Source: Macrostomum lignano
Taxonomy: Eukaryota
Assembly (NCBI GenBank): GCA_002269645.1
Contig: NIVC01000346.1
Span: forward strand, 186,001 to 250,000
Reading direction: 5' to 3'
Length of the DNA: 64,000 bases
Part shown: one piece after another, positions 33,992 to 45,338 of the stretch
Numbering within the stretch: position 1 is the first letter of the stretch
How the letters are laid out: each line of letters opens with the position of its first letter
Notes under the pieces: model-generated
What the model saw: only the letters and a program-made list of their open reading frames with translations
Database searches by the model: none
What the model was told of the DNA's origin: nothing
Program-made: the position numbers and the translations under genes

Positions 33992-36371
33992 CTGGTCCCA
34001 GAGAAGCAGCAACGCCAGGCAGTTGCAAGCTTGCTGCACTGGCTGGCCAGCTGCTATCAGCTTGATGAGGCAACTCTGACTGAAACAGCTGGTCAGCTCT
34101 CCAGTCTGTCAGATGGTCAGCTTCGCGACCTGTTGGCTGCAGCGACTGCTGCTAATGAAGTCTGTTTGGACTCTGTGCCACCATCCATACCCACCAGTTC
34201 ATGCTGCATTCCACTGCCTATCAATCTTAAACCGCGACTGCTGGTTTGTCGCCTGCGTAGATGGACAGATTTGGATGACAATTCAGAGGAACTGTTACGA
34301 GTTTGTCGATGCAGTGTAGAAAATGGGAATGCCAATGGTAACTCTTCAAGCGAGCCTGCTACTGAGAGTACTAGCGTAGGTGCTGGATTTGATGTCTTTT
34401 GTTGGTAAGTTGAATATCAACTTTCCAAGAATATCAAGAATAGCCCATGCCCTTGCTATGTTTTGGCCGTCTCAAAAGTTTACTCAAGTAGCCTATTTAG
34501 CTTTGTACTAACCGAGGCCATCTCTGCTTAACTTTTGCCCAAATCAGGTTTCATCAGGAAGATTGTAAAGTCTATGAAAGTACTGTATATTTGCAAGTTT
34601 TTTAGAGCATATCCTAATCATACTACTTTTGTGGCCCATGCAGTCAGTAGTCTGGGTGGTTTCGTTTGAATCATGGTGTCATTTGGTATCCCAGGCCTAA
34701 AACCTCAGTGTTAAAATGAAGTTTGGTGGATATCAGTGCCATATTTCGAGCTCCAATGGGGGTTGTAGTCTTAGTGGTGAGAGCGTCGGACTCCCGGCTG
34801 AAAGGTCGGGGGTTCGATTCCCGATCCCTGTCCAAACAATTTGTGTCCTTGAGCAAGACACTTAACTCTGCATTGCTTCAGTTCACCCAGCTGTAAAATG
34901 GGTGCCAGCATCAGCTGGGGTAATTGAGGGTGTGTGGCGACCCCCCCCCCAGTTCTTGGACTGAACAGCCGTACGCAGCCTTTTCATTTTCGCTAAGGCA
35001 GGTAATACGGCATATTGGCAGTAGTATAGTGTGCGTTGAACAGTAGTGAATTTATTTTTTCCAATCAACTGCACTGCAGCGCCAATCCCATGCACTACAC
35101 TCGCCGGGTCTGGTGCACGGCTTTCTATTACGAACTGAATAATCGGGTTGGCGATGCCTTCAAGGCGAGCGAGCCCTGCCTGCGCATTGACGGCGGCGGT
35201 GGCGGCAGCTTTGATCGGGTCGGTCGCCGAAGGTTTTGCCTGGCGCCGCTGTGGAATGCCGACAGACCGGCGGCGGCCCATGCGGTGCGCCGGTGCATTG
35301 GTCAGGGCCTGCTGCTTCAGCTGTGCCGCGGTGGCACCGTCTACCTGCAGTGTCGATCGCCAGTGCCCGTGAGCGCCTTTATTGTTAGTTGCTAATGTAT
35401 TCGTGTTGCTAAACTTTACGTTTTACGGTTTAAAGGGTTCTAATTTGGGTTTTTACTGAGTTCTAATTGGGGTTTTACTGGATTTTAATTAAGGTTTTAC
35501 TGGATTCTAATAGTGGTTTTTCCTGGGTTCTAATTGGGGTTTTGCTGGATTCTAATTGTGGTTTTACTGGGTTCTAATTGGGGCTTTAGTGGGTTCTAAT
35601 TGGGGCTTTACTGGGTTCTAATTGGGCTTTTACTGGGTTCTAATTGGGGCTTAAAAGGTTCTAATTTGGGTTTTTACTGAGTTCTAATTGGGGTTTTACT
35701 AGGTTCTAATTGAAATTTTATTGGGTTCGAATTGGGGTTTAAATGGTTTTAATTTGGGTTTTTACTGAATTCTAATTGGGACTTTAGTGGGTTCTAATTG
35801 GGGTTTTTACTGGGTTCTAATTAAGGTTTTACTGGGTTCTAATTGGGGTTTTGCTGGATTCTAATTGTGATTTTATTGGGTTAAATCTAAACCAAATTTT
35901 GGTTTAGATTAGGTTCATGTAGTTAGAATTTACTGGGGATAGACTTAATGATTCCCATTTTTATTGAATGGCTTCTAAATTCTATGAATCCATGATCTAT
36001 ATGGGCTGATTCACTAACTGCATCAATCAACCCACTCCGTCCACTCCAACCCTCAGGTCTTTGTCCAGTCGCCCAACGCCAGTCTGCAGCGCGGCTGGCA
36101 CCCCGCCACGGTTTGCCGGGTGCCCCCCGGTGGCAGCCTGTGCGTGTTCTCCGACCAGCTCTTCCTCCAGCACCTGTCCGACTGTAGGCGCTTTGAAGAT
36201 GCCTACAGCTTGATCAGAATGTGCTCGATTCGGATTTCATTTGCCAAAGGTTGGGGCAGCGACTATCGTAGGCAGAGGATCACTGCCACGCCTTGTTGGC
36301 TGGAGATTGTGCTGGCTAGGCCGCTTGTTTGGCTTGACCGAGTTTTAGTTGCTATGGGCGGGCCCAACTGA
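33992..36371 (+). CDS. smad: Divergent R-Smad-like gene; exons 33992-34404, 35080-35368, 36057-36371 (338 aa visible; start exon not found)
   Basis: MH1-like AVASLL..GQLRDLL..CCIPLP..PRLLVCRLRRWTDL..FCCANPMHY. MH2 WCTAFYYELNNRVG, FVQSPN..GWHPATVCRVPP, KGWGSDYRRQ..TPCWLEI..PLVWLDRVL. GT-AG sites with matching phases. Confidence 0.85.
34758..35030 (+). mobile_element. tRNA-derived CORE-SINE in Smad intron
   Basis: A-box-like GTCTTAGTGG, B-box GGTTCGATTCC (34811-34821), CORE-like TGTGTCCTTGAGCAAGACACTTAAC...CTGTAAAATGGG. The 3' end is approximate. Confidence 0.75.
35437..35885 (+). repeat. About 22-bp minisatellite TTCTAATTGGGGTTTTACTGGG in Smad intron
   Basis: Direct reading, about 20 diverged copies. 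Confidence 0.9.
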
Positions 36372-37458
36372 CGGGCTATTATGGTTCTACTACTGTTAAT
36401 AACGCTAATAGCACCGCAGACACGATTCTGGGGAGCATGCATGTTTCATATATGAATATGAAACTCTATGCTCTATGAATATCAACAGAGCTATTAAGCA
36501 AGGCACAACAAATCAAAATATAAAAATTGGGTCGTCTTACACCACAAAAAAGTTCCGTGAAAATTTTCAATTCTAATTTACAAAATCCAGGGATGCTATG
36601 GTGTGTGTGAGTGTGCTATGTCAAAACACAATGATTGTGTTATTAACACATTTGTTTTTTTTGCAATATTACACTTTCGTTTTATTTGTCCTACTTTGTA
36701 GTAGCATCTAATGCTTGACTTTTAATTTGCAATTATTTACTTTGTTTTAATTAGTTACAATTTACTTCGAGTACATGTAATTGACTAATTTTTCGGCTGC
36801 ATTGAATGCAACTCTGTATAAACATATCTGCACATGTATGCTTCGATCATGTATTACCTGAAGTGGCTGTCTGCATTTCCCTTGAATCAGCTTACTCTCG
36901 GCTCAATATTCGTCTTTTCCCACGAGTCTTTTGCCAATCTGCTTGTTTTTCTCTCACAACTCGTTGCGCCATCGCAAGATTTCTACTTTTATCAGTCCAA
37001 TGATTTTATTGTGGGTTTTAATAACGAAATAAATGACGCCTTAAATGCATACGTTTTTAATGTATATATATGCTTGCAAGCTTTCCAGTCTTTGTATTTC
37101 CATAAGTAATATTCAAAATGATATAATCTTAGCATATTTTAGTTTTTTAAAACTGTGCAAGTTGTAGCTGTTGAAGAAATTTCTTGAACAAACCGGAACT
37201 GTATTACAGTAGGCCTAGCGCAAAGAGATAGTGAATATCGTTGATGAGAGGGATAATTATTGAATAGCATAATTTTGCTACACAGCTCTTCAATGTAATT
37301 TTTTTTTAAAACCTGTTTTGTTTAAAGCATATTTACCACATATTATTGCAATCAAGGACTTACTCAAGTAGGACGGCAGACTGTTTCTTGCAAAATTTTC
37401 GGAGGCAGTTGGTAGAATAAAAAAAAACCTTAGAATCCCAACTTTCTAAATAAATAAA

Positions 37459-37612
37459 GCTTTATGAATATCAATAGAGCTATAAGAAAGGCACAACATA
37501 TCCAAAGATGAACATAGGGTCTGCCTCCTATCTAAAGCAATTACAATTTTTGTGCTGAAGAAAATGAAAACGTCCCATTTCCGTAGTGTGTTTTTTCGAG
37601 AAAAATCTGCCA
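37459..37612. repeat. Dispersed repeat (probable non-autonomous element segment); related copies at about 36470-36570 and 54856-55000
   Basis: Shared ATAGAGC..AAGGCACAAC..AAAGATGAAC..GGTCTGCCTCCTATC..CAATTTTTGTGCTGAA..TTTCCGTAGTGT. Confidence 0.65.
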
Positions 37613-37684
37613 TAGTAAACACTATTATGCAATAGAAATCCTAATTAGAAGTCTCATCTCGCCTCTTTAGTATCTTTAATTTAT

Positions 37685-40262
37685 CTATATAGTTACGAGC
37701 GTATCCTTAGAATTGTCGAAATCATTCAGCTGTTTCTTGCTCCATTGACCCTGAACAATGCCAAAGCATTCGATCCATCTTTTCAAGCAGTTTTCTTTCG
37801 TCGATCCGCAGTCTCCAACAATGAGGCATTGGAAAGATTGGCTGCTGCTGCTGCTTTGATGTCGGCTTTGATTTTTTAGCGGCGCCAAACTTAGTGTTCC
37901 ATTTGCGTAAAACAACACCTGTGAGCCTTGTTGGGTAAATCCGTATCCCATATCTGACGGAAGTGAACCAACAGGAAAACTGCCCTTGGTTCCGAAGTAA
38001 TTGTACCTTTGCGGAGCAGCTGCCGGCATGTAACGGTACCACAGTTTTCGGTTGCGCGGTCTGGCAACCAACCTGCATCCCAATTGTCCACTTTCACCAC
38101 AGTCTCTGATGCAAAAAAATGGCGTTGCTGGTGTCACTAAAATTTTACGTTGAAATTTGCAGTTAAGTTAGACTTTCTACAGCTGCATACGGATTAATCT
38201 AGAATCTTTATTCTCTTTTACAATCACTTACTTCTCGTGCAAAAATAGTCTGGCTCGCATGAACACGGTCACATTTGGCTCGGGCACAAACAGAACCTCG
38301 ATTCCGTCAGCCGTGCTCACACCGATGAAGGAGCCAGACTCTCCCGTCACGAACGCGACCACAGACCGGTTGAGCACAGCCGACACGAGCACCGGAGTGT
38401 GCGGATTCCGGTGCACAGACGCCAGGTTGAACGAGCCCACACGGAAGTGGTACAGAATCCGCAGCGAGCTCACCGCGATGCTGCTGGGCAGGTCGGTCGT
38501 GTGAGCTGCAATTCGATAACGATGTAACGATATGAGCACAGCTGCAGTCACACACTGCATGGGCACAGCTGCAGTCACACACTGCATGGGCACAGCTGCA
38601 GTCACACACTGCATGGGCACAGCTGCAGTCACGCACTGCATGGGCACAGCTGCAGTCACACACTGCATGGACACAGCTGCAGTCACGCACTGCATAGGCA
38701 CAGCTGCAGTCACGCACTGCATGGGCACAGCTGCAGTCACACACTGCATGGGCACAGCTGCAGTCACGCACTGCATGGGCACAGCTGCAGTCACACACTG
38801 CATGGGCACAGCTACAGTCACGCACTGCATGGGCACAGCTGCAGTCACGCACTGCATGGGCACAGCTGCAGTCACGCACTGCATGGGCACAGCTGCAGTC
38901 ACGCACTGCATGGGCACAGCTGCAGTCACGCACTGCATGGGCACAGCTGCAGTCACACACTGCATGGGCACAGCTGCAGTCACACACTGCATGGGCACAG
39001 CTGCAGTCACACACTGCATGGGCACAGCTGCAGTCACGCACTGCATGGGCACAGCTGCAGTCACACACTGCATGGACACAGCTGCAGTCACGCACTGCAT
39101 GGGCACAGCTGCAGTCACGCACTGCATGGGCACAGCTGCAGTCACACACTGCATGGGCACAGCTGCAGTCACGCACTGCATGGGCACAGCTACAGTCACG
39201 CACTGCATGGGCACAGCTGCAGTCACGCACTGCATGGGCACAGCTGCAGTCACGCACTGCATGGGCACAGCTGCAGTCACGCACTGCATAGGCACAGCTG
39301 CAGTCACGCACTTCATGGGCACAGCTGCAGTCACGCACTGCATGGGCACAGCTGCAGTCACGCACTGCATGGGCACAGCTGCACTCACGCACTGCATGGG
39401 CACAGCTACAGTCACGCACTGCATGGGCACAGCTGCAGTCACGCACTGCATGGGCACAGCTGCAGTCACACACTGCATGGGCACAGCTGCAGTCACGCAC
39501 TGCATGGGCACAGCTGCAGTCACGCACTGCATGGGCACAGCTGCAGTCACTCACTGCATGGGCACAGCTGCAGTCACGCACTGCATGGGCACAGCTGCAG
39601 TCACGCACTGCATGGGCACAGCTGCAGTCACGCACTGCATGGGCACAGCTGCAGTCACGCACTGCATGGGCACAGCTGCAGTCACGCACTGCATGGGCAC
39701 AGCTGCAGTCACGCACTGCATGGGCAAAGCTGCAGTCACGCACTGCATGGGCACAGCTGCAGTCACGCACTTCATGGGCACAGCTGCAGTCACGCACTGC
39801 ATGGGCACAGCTGCAGTCACGCACTTCATGGGCACAGCTGCAGTCACGCACTGCATGGGCACAGCTGCAGTCACGCACTGCATGGGCACAGCTGCATTCA
39901 CTCGTGACTTCTTACCCTGCTGGAACTTTGCCAGCCTCCGCCTGTTCACAAACGAGTCGCATTGGCCGTGTCCGTACAGCCATGCAGTGAGGAAGGCCTC
40001 GGCAGTCGCCAGCAGACACCAGCGATGCTCACCGACCATGCTGGCAGCTGCACAGCTCTCTGTTGTGTGACAGCTCAGCACGCAGCCAGCGATGCTACTG
40101 TCAAGCAGTTGATGAAGCGCCAGCCTCCTTACTCCTCCAGTAATAGAGAGCAAGAGACGGACAGGCGCGCAGTCTTTCGTAGTCAGTTATGCCTATGGTA
40201 TCCGCCGAAGAGCCAGAGAGGTAGCAGCAGCAAAGGGCGAAGTATGCAATGAGATTTTTCAT
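37685..40262 (-). CDS. Secreted protein gene with PAN/apple-like N-terminus; exons 40262-39916, 38505-38232, 38105-37685; frame break in exon 1
   Basis: Signal-peptide-like MKNLIAYFALCCCYLSGSSA at 40262; SIAGCVLSCHTTESCAAAS..CLL in the +1 frame. GTAAG donors at 39915 and 38231, CAG acceptors, phases 1 and 2 consistent to TAG at 37685. Confidence 0.6.
38536..39899 (+). repeat. 27-bp minisatellite GCACAGCTGCAGTCACGCACTGCATGG, about 50 copies, filling an intron
   Basis: Direct reading; lies between donor 39915 and acceptor 38506 of the minus-strand gene. Confidence 0.95.
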
Positions 40263-41269
40263 TTACTATGGAGTTCTTTGAGTCCAGGTATTTTTCTCTG
40301 CTGCTTGTTAAGCTGGTTCGTTGTCTATTATATATAGATTATACTAGCTCTCGCGCGTCAGTTAAGTGTTTGAAGGTTTTGACAACAATGCGATCACTGT
40401 AGGAAATAGTGTCGCTTGAGCAGCCAAGGGAACAGGGCGCAGCTGTTTCAGGCATGAAAGAAAGGAGCTCCCTGAGGCTTTTGACGATAGCTGTCTGGCT
40501 CACATGTATCGGGTGTCTTTTTCCACAGGCTACATGCAAACAATGTAGATGCAGCTGACTGCAGCTGGATTCTGCCTTTAAACACGCTTGTCAATAATAG
40601 TCGTTGAACTATATTCTATTCAAGCTTCTTACCTGCTGTATTCATACACATTCATACACATCATACACTGCAACTGAGTACCTGTGTTTCATGAAGACAG
40701 TTTGAAGTTCCCATGCCTAGTAGTAGCTATGAGCTAGAAAATCCGGGTGCTTAGTGAATTCAATCTCGCTTTTTCAAAGCCAAATTTATGCTATGACTCG
40801 AGGCGGTTACTAGCCTTTTAGGCATGTGATATAATATGTGGAAGTCAATTAGAATAAGGAAGTGAATCGAAATCAGGATTAGCTCGTACGAGCTACGCGT
40901 CGAAATTAAGGTCTATTCCATGTCCGTGCGCGGCCCAGCATTCATTTGGGGCTTTCTGTACGCTAGTCTAGTTAGCTGTGCATCCCCCTTGTGCTTTCGC
41001 TGGACCCTTCCCCCTTTTTGCTCTCTCGTTCAGTTTATGGCCGCCCGTTAGCGGAGCCCATCCCACGCTAAAAATAGCCCGTTAGCGGGGTCCGCCCCAG
41101 AGTGGGCATGGGCTCCCTTAGCGCGGGCCAGCCCACAATGGTTGGGATATGCCATTGTGGGGCTGTGGAGAAGCAGACGCCAGAACTTGACTCGCATCTG
41201 TTGGCAAGATACATGGCACTAATTCAAAAAAAATTTTTCCGCGTGAGCGCTAATTGCATTGACCTTGCC

Positions 41270-41735
41270 AGGGCGCTAAAATAGGCGCCGAGAAGCTGAA
41301 ATTGGCGCCGGAATATTGAAATTGGCACCGGAATATTGAAAGTGGCGCCAAGAAGTAGCAAACTGATATACGCTGCCCCTTGTGCGCTGTTCACGCTGAT
41401 TTGGGGATCCTGGCGCCAAATTTGGGGATCCTGGCGCTTATTTAGGGATCCTGGCGCGGATTTGGCTTCTGGCGCCAATTTGAGTTTTCCCTCGCCAATT
41501 TTAGCTTCCAGCGCTGGTTTGGGCCTTTTGGCGCTGATTTGGGGATCCTGGCGCTAATTTTGCTTTTGGCGCCAATTCAAGCTTTCCCGCGCCAATTTGA
41601 GATTTCCGGCGCTGATTTGTGCTTTCTAGCGCTGGTTTTGGCTTTTGGCGCTGCATTCAGCATTCCGGCGCTGATTTGGGGATCCTGGCGCCAAATTTGG
41701 GTTCCGACGTCAATTCGAGTTTTCCCGCGCCCTTG
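41270..41735. repeat. GGCGCC-rich degenerate repeat, possibly MITE-like
   Basis: Many GGCGCC/GGCGCT motifs and TTTGGGGATCCTGGCGC repeats; CAGGGCGC at the left end and GCGCCCTTG at the right end. Confidence 0.5.
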
Positions 41736-42093
41736 GATAAGCATAAGTTATTATTCATTTGATAGAGAGCAAGGTCTCCTAAATACAAACCTATGGCAAA
41801 GTGTACAACAGTCTATAAATTGTCACCATGTGAGGCCACTTGTACATTTTGTCATCTTCACGAAAATCAACAATGATGCGACCGAATGTTCCACCGAAAC
41901 GAACTTGCTGACCTGAGCACGAGGAGTTCACATGCCCTTGGTTAGGATACTAGCTGATTCATTAAAACGTTTAATACGCTCGTAATTGATCCAAAAGATA
42001 GTGCACGTGAATTTGTTAAAGCTGGCCTTAGAAAGCATCCTATGTTCGTCTTAATACTATCTACTAGAGCTCGCACAATATAAAACCACTGAC

Positions 42094-42405
42094 CGGGGAC
42101 GAATCCGCGATAGTTTGGCAGCTGCCAGCAGATGAAGTCGCAGCATCGCGGTTGTTCACGTCATCCACACTTTTCTCAGCCGTCCATCGACGCCTAGCAT
42201 CGAAGATAGCGAGTGCGTTGTGCGTCACCATGGGGTAGCCGGCTCCGTACTGGAACCGGGCCTGCGGCACATGACCAGTGAAACCGGACATGAAATAGCG
42301 GACTGGACTGTCTCTGGGCAGGCTGTAGGGCAACCAGTTGAGACCGTGCAGCTCGTGACTTGAACTTTGGTTGCTGCTGCTGGTAGCGAAACTTGGCGTG
42401 TGCTT
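42094..42405 (-). CDS. FAM166B: Exon of a FAM166B/CIMIP2-like ciliary microtubule inner protein
   Basis: LPYSLPRDSPVRYFMSGFTGHVPQARFQYGAGYPMVTHNALAIF matches the family repeat motif; TAG acceptor at 42406 and GTCAGT donor at 42093 (or read-through to stop 42064). Other exons were not identified. Confidence 0.7.
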
Positions 42406-44024
42406 CTATCGGTGTGGGACACTTTAAGAAGAAGATATGTTTCAATATAGCTTCGACCCCTTAGTAGATTTTTAGATTTTGGATTGCTACTTCAAGTATA
42501 TTATATTACAAGTATATTACGAGTACAAGTCTACTTTTCTGTGAAATTCGATAGAAACTCAAAAGTTGACATGGCTATCATATTTTTTTATATTTCCACA
42601 ATGCATGTTATAGAAAATTTCAACTTAACGAATCGAAACAATTCTTGTTTAAGCGCTCTCATAAAACCTGTAAAAAGCCACAAGTCACTGGCATCGAGTC
42701 ACTCAGCGGAAAAACAGACACCTGAAATAAGTTTACAAAAAATATTAGCAGCAAACCGTTTCTGGAGTAAAAAAGCATGTGCTCAAAGGAGCAGTAGGTA
42801 AAATTGCATATTACGGCGCGAATAGCTTATACTCATAGTTAGGCTGTTTACGAGCAAACGCCATTAATTGTCTTCATCAATAACATATAGCTAGTGCATT
42901 ATAGTTGCACGCTCACTTCATGGTCACTTGAGTGTTTTTATGCATTTGCCTCAGTTGGTCGCAGGCAGGGGTCCTGAGCCATGGCCTGGTTCAGCTTGAG
43001 TCGCACTAATTGGCTATTTCTTCTGGCCAAACTTCTACTAGGACTTTGGGGTCAGCAATGCAGAGTGCCAAGCGAAAATAAAATGCAACATACACGTGAG
43101 TTTACGATAAGCGACGCAAAGATAGAAAAGCAATTTAGTGGTGTAGCTAGCTGTATATTTTGACCCAGAAACACATACTGTATGGTTGATGAGTTTCCTC
43201 TCTAAAGAGTGTGGCCTCTCTTTAGGGCCGGCAAGCTTGGCCTCTCGACAGCTTCAAGAAGTGCAACTTTGTCACGGACACGGTGTGATGGGCAAAGCAA
43301 TCAACATGAGAATTAGCTAAGTGTTCACGTGTTTTTCGTAAGAAATTATAATAGCTGTTTTGAGGGCAGCTATAATTGCATGCCAATTATGCTAAGCTCC
43401 TTGGTTGAAGGTGCTGTTGAGCCACGGCAGCTTAGCTTGCAGTCCCTCAAAGCTACGAGTATATAAGCTGCTTTTAGAATCACACTGCTTGAAACTTACC
43501 ATGCATTGATGGCGAGGCGAAATTTCTAGCTTCATTCCAGTTAGCTATTGCAAGAATTATCCATCTGCTTTTTGTCAATCGAGTAAGATGTGCTTTTGCT
43601 TAAAACAGCCAAATGTGCGGTTTTTGTTTCAATACCAATTCTTTATTATCTTCATGGTGCTGACGTCACTTGAGTTGTGTCGGCGCAGAGTTAGTTGGCG
43701 ACCAATAATAGTTTGCTTAATATATTTTGATGCGCGAATTCTATATGTTGAATTTGCTACTTATAGTAGCTTGTATAAACAATAAAATAATTAAGCTCGT
43801 AGAAAACTGTTTTTGAATGCTTCTAGTTAACTCCTATGTATGGCTTAATGATGATTATAGTCGATAGCACTGATACATTAGCGATGTTACACTTTTGTTG
43901 TCAGCTTAAGAATTACCCACTCGTAAAAAGGCTCACGGAGGGAACTATTTGTCCAAATAGATGCACAAAGCATCCGTAAAAAACTTTTTATCAAGTTAAA
44001 TCAAACATCAATAAAAAAATCAGC

Positions 44025-44801
44025 TCAGTCGAATGGCGCCACGCACAGGCACAGCACGGCAGTGGCGCGACTGTCAGAGCTCGGGAGATCAGTAAGCCGC
44101 TCCGGTCTGTCCTTGAAGATGGCGATTGCGTTATCAGAGTTATAGTTATCTGGCTGACCATCGGCCCACAGTTTGGTGGCTACCGGATGGCCACAGGTGA
44201 CCCACGTCCATCCGCCTGACGGCTCCGCACTGCCGGGCTGCTGCAGACCGCCGAGCCACACGGAGGTCTGCGGCGACAGCAACTCGCTACGCACCCGGTC
44301 CAGGTGGCTCAGCTCGGCGAGGTCAGCAGCGTCGGCCATGACGACGAGACCGGGCTCGGACTCGCACCTCAGTCGGCTCTGCTCCCAGTTCCCGGAGCCG
44401 CTGTACGCCATGTACTTTACTCCGCACCGGCCGTGGCCGAAGCTGTTCGGACACAGCGAGCCGGACGTCAGACCCGACCGCTGCTTGACGAACAGCCGGC
44501 CGCGCTGCGAGCAGCCGCAGTCCGAGCGCACCGACCGGCTGCGGGCGTTGAACACGAACAGCCGGCAGGCAGTGGAGCCGCCGTCCGGAGCCCCGAACGC
44601 CTGGCAGCGCGGGTTGCGGCTGCAGAGAGCAGCGCACTTGAAGGCGCTCTGGACTGCCGGATGCGTCTCGACAAACTCGTTACCCACGCACAGGACGGCT
44701 TCGATGGCTTTGTAATTGCTGCTGATGTCGGTAGCGCAGACGAACAGCAAGCCGACTGGCAGTGAGGCAAGCAGGCACTGTGGCAGCACAAGCTTGCGCA
44801 T
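44025..44801 (-). CDS. Single-exon secreted PAN/apple plus C-type lectin protein (258 aa)
   Basis: Hydrophobic N-terminus; SAFKCAALCSRNPRCQAF..CRLF (PAN); WEQSRLRC..VWLGG..WTW..WADGQPDN (CTLD). Confidence 0.85.
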   Translation of the reverse strand: MRKLVLPQCLLASLPVGLLFVCATDISSNYKAIEAVLCVGNEFVETHPAVQSAFKCAALCSRNPRCQAFGAPDGGSTACRLFVFNARSRSVRSDCGCSQRGRLFVKQRSGLTSGSLCPNSFGHGRCGVKYMAYSGSGNWEQSRLRCESEPGLVVMADAADLAELSHLDRVRSELLSPQTSVWLGGLQQPGSAEPSGGWTWVTCGHPVATKLWADGQPDNYNSDNAIAIFKDRPERLTDLPSSDSRATAVLCLCVAPFD

Positions 44802-45338
44802 GCTGGCTCAAATCGTGCTTGATTAGTACAGAAGAATAGCTAAGCAAGCATACGAGAGTAGCTATAGTTTTCGATTGGGATGGATTTATGAAATATATAT
44901 GGTTCGCAAAGCTTTCAAAATTTTGACAGTAGATTGACATGATTTCATATTTGGTAGGATTTCCTACAGCTCTACATATCCCTGCCTTCAGCGAGAAAAG
45001 CTCTGTGACAATTATGCGTACTTCAGGGCTTAAATCGACTGAAGAGAGCGTTTTGAGTCGTTTTGAGGCACTCATTTATAGTCACTGGTTTGAGCTGCTC
45101 AGGTGTCAGAGAACTGAGGGTTCATTTGACGAGGAAAGTGCTACTTCAATGCTCTTCAGTAGGAACTCACGGCAGCTACTTAATATCGTAAAACCTTTTG
45201 GCAAAAATCCAACATGCCATTAGGAAATCAATTAAATATAGGATTCCACCTTCAAAAATTACATCGTTTAAATAATAAACTGAAAGGTCTCGAAAAATAC
45301 GACTAAATTTTTAGAATTTTGAGAATCGTGTTGTCAGC

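Noticed and set aside
34758-34830. Functional tRNA gene
   Set aside because: No closing acceptor stem, and it is followed directly by a CORE-like block, so it is a SINE head.
38228-40070. 440-523-aa repetitive ORFs (TAAVPMQCV, DCSCAHAVR, MGTAAVTHC)
   Set aside because: A 27-bp unit is stop-free in several frames on both strands, and the array lies between a donor and an acceptor. The Cys-rich metallothionein-like look is coincidental.
40339-40539. Next FAM166B exon
   Set aside because: An acceptor-like site exists, but no frame gives the family motif.
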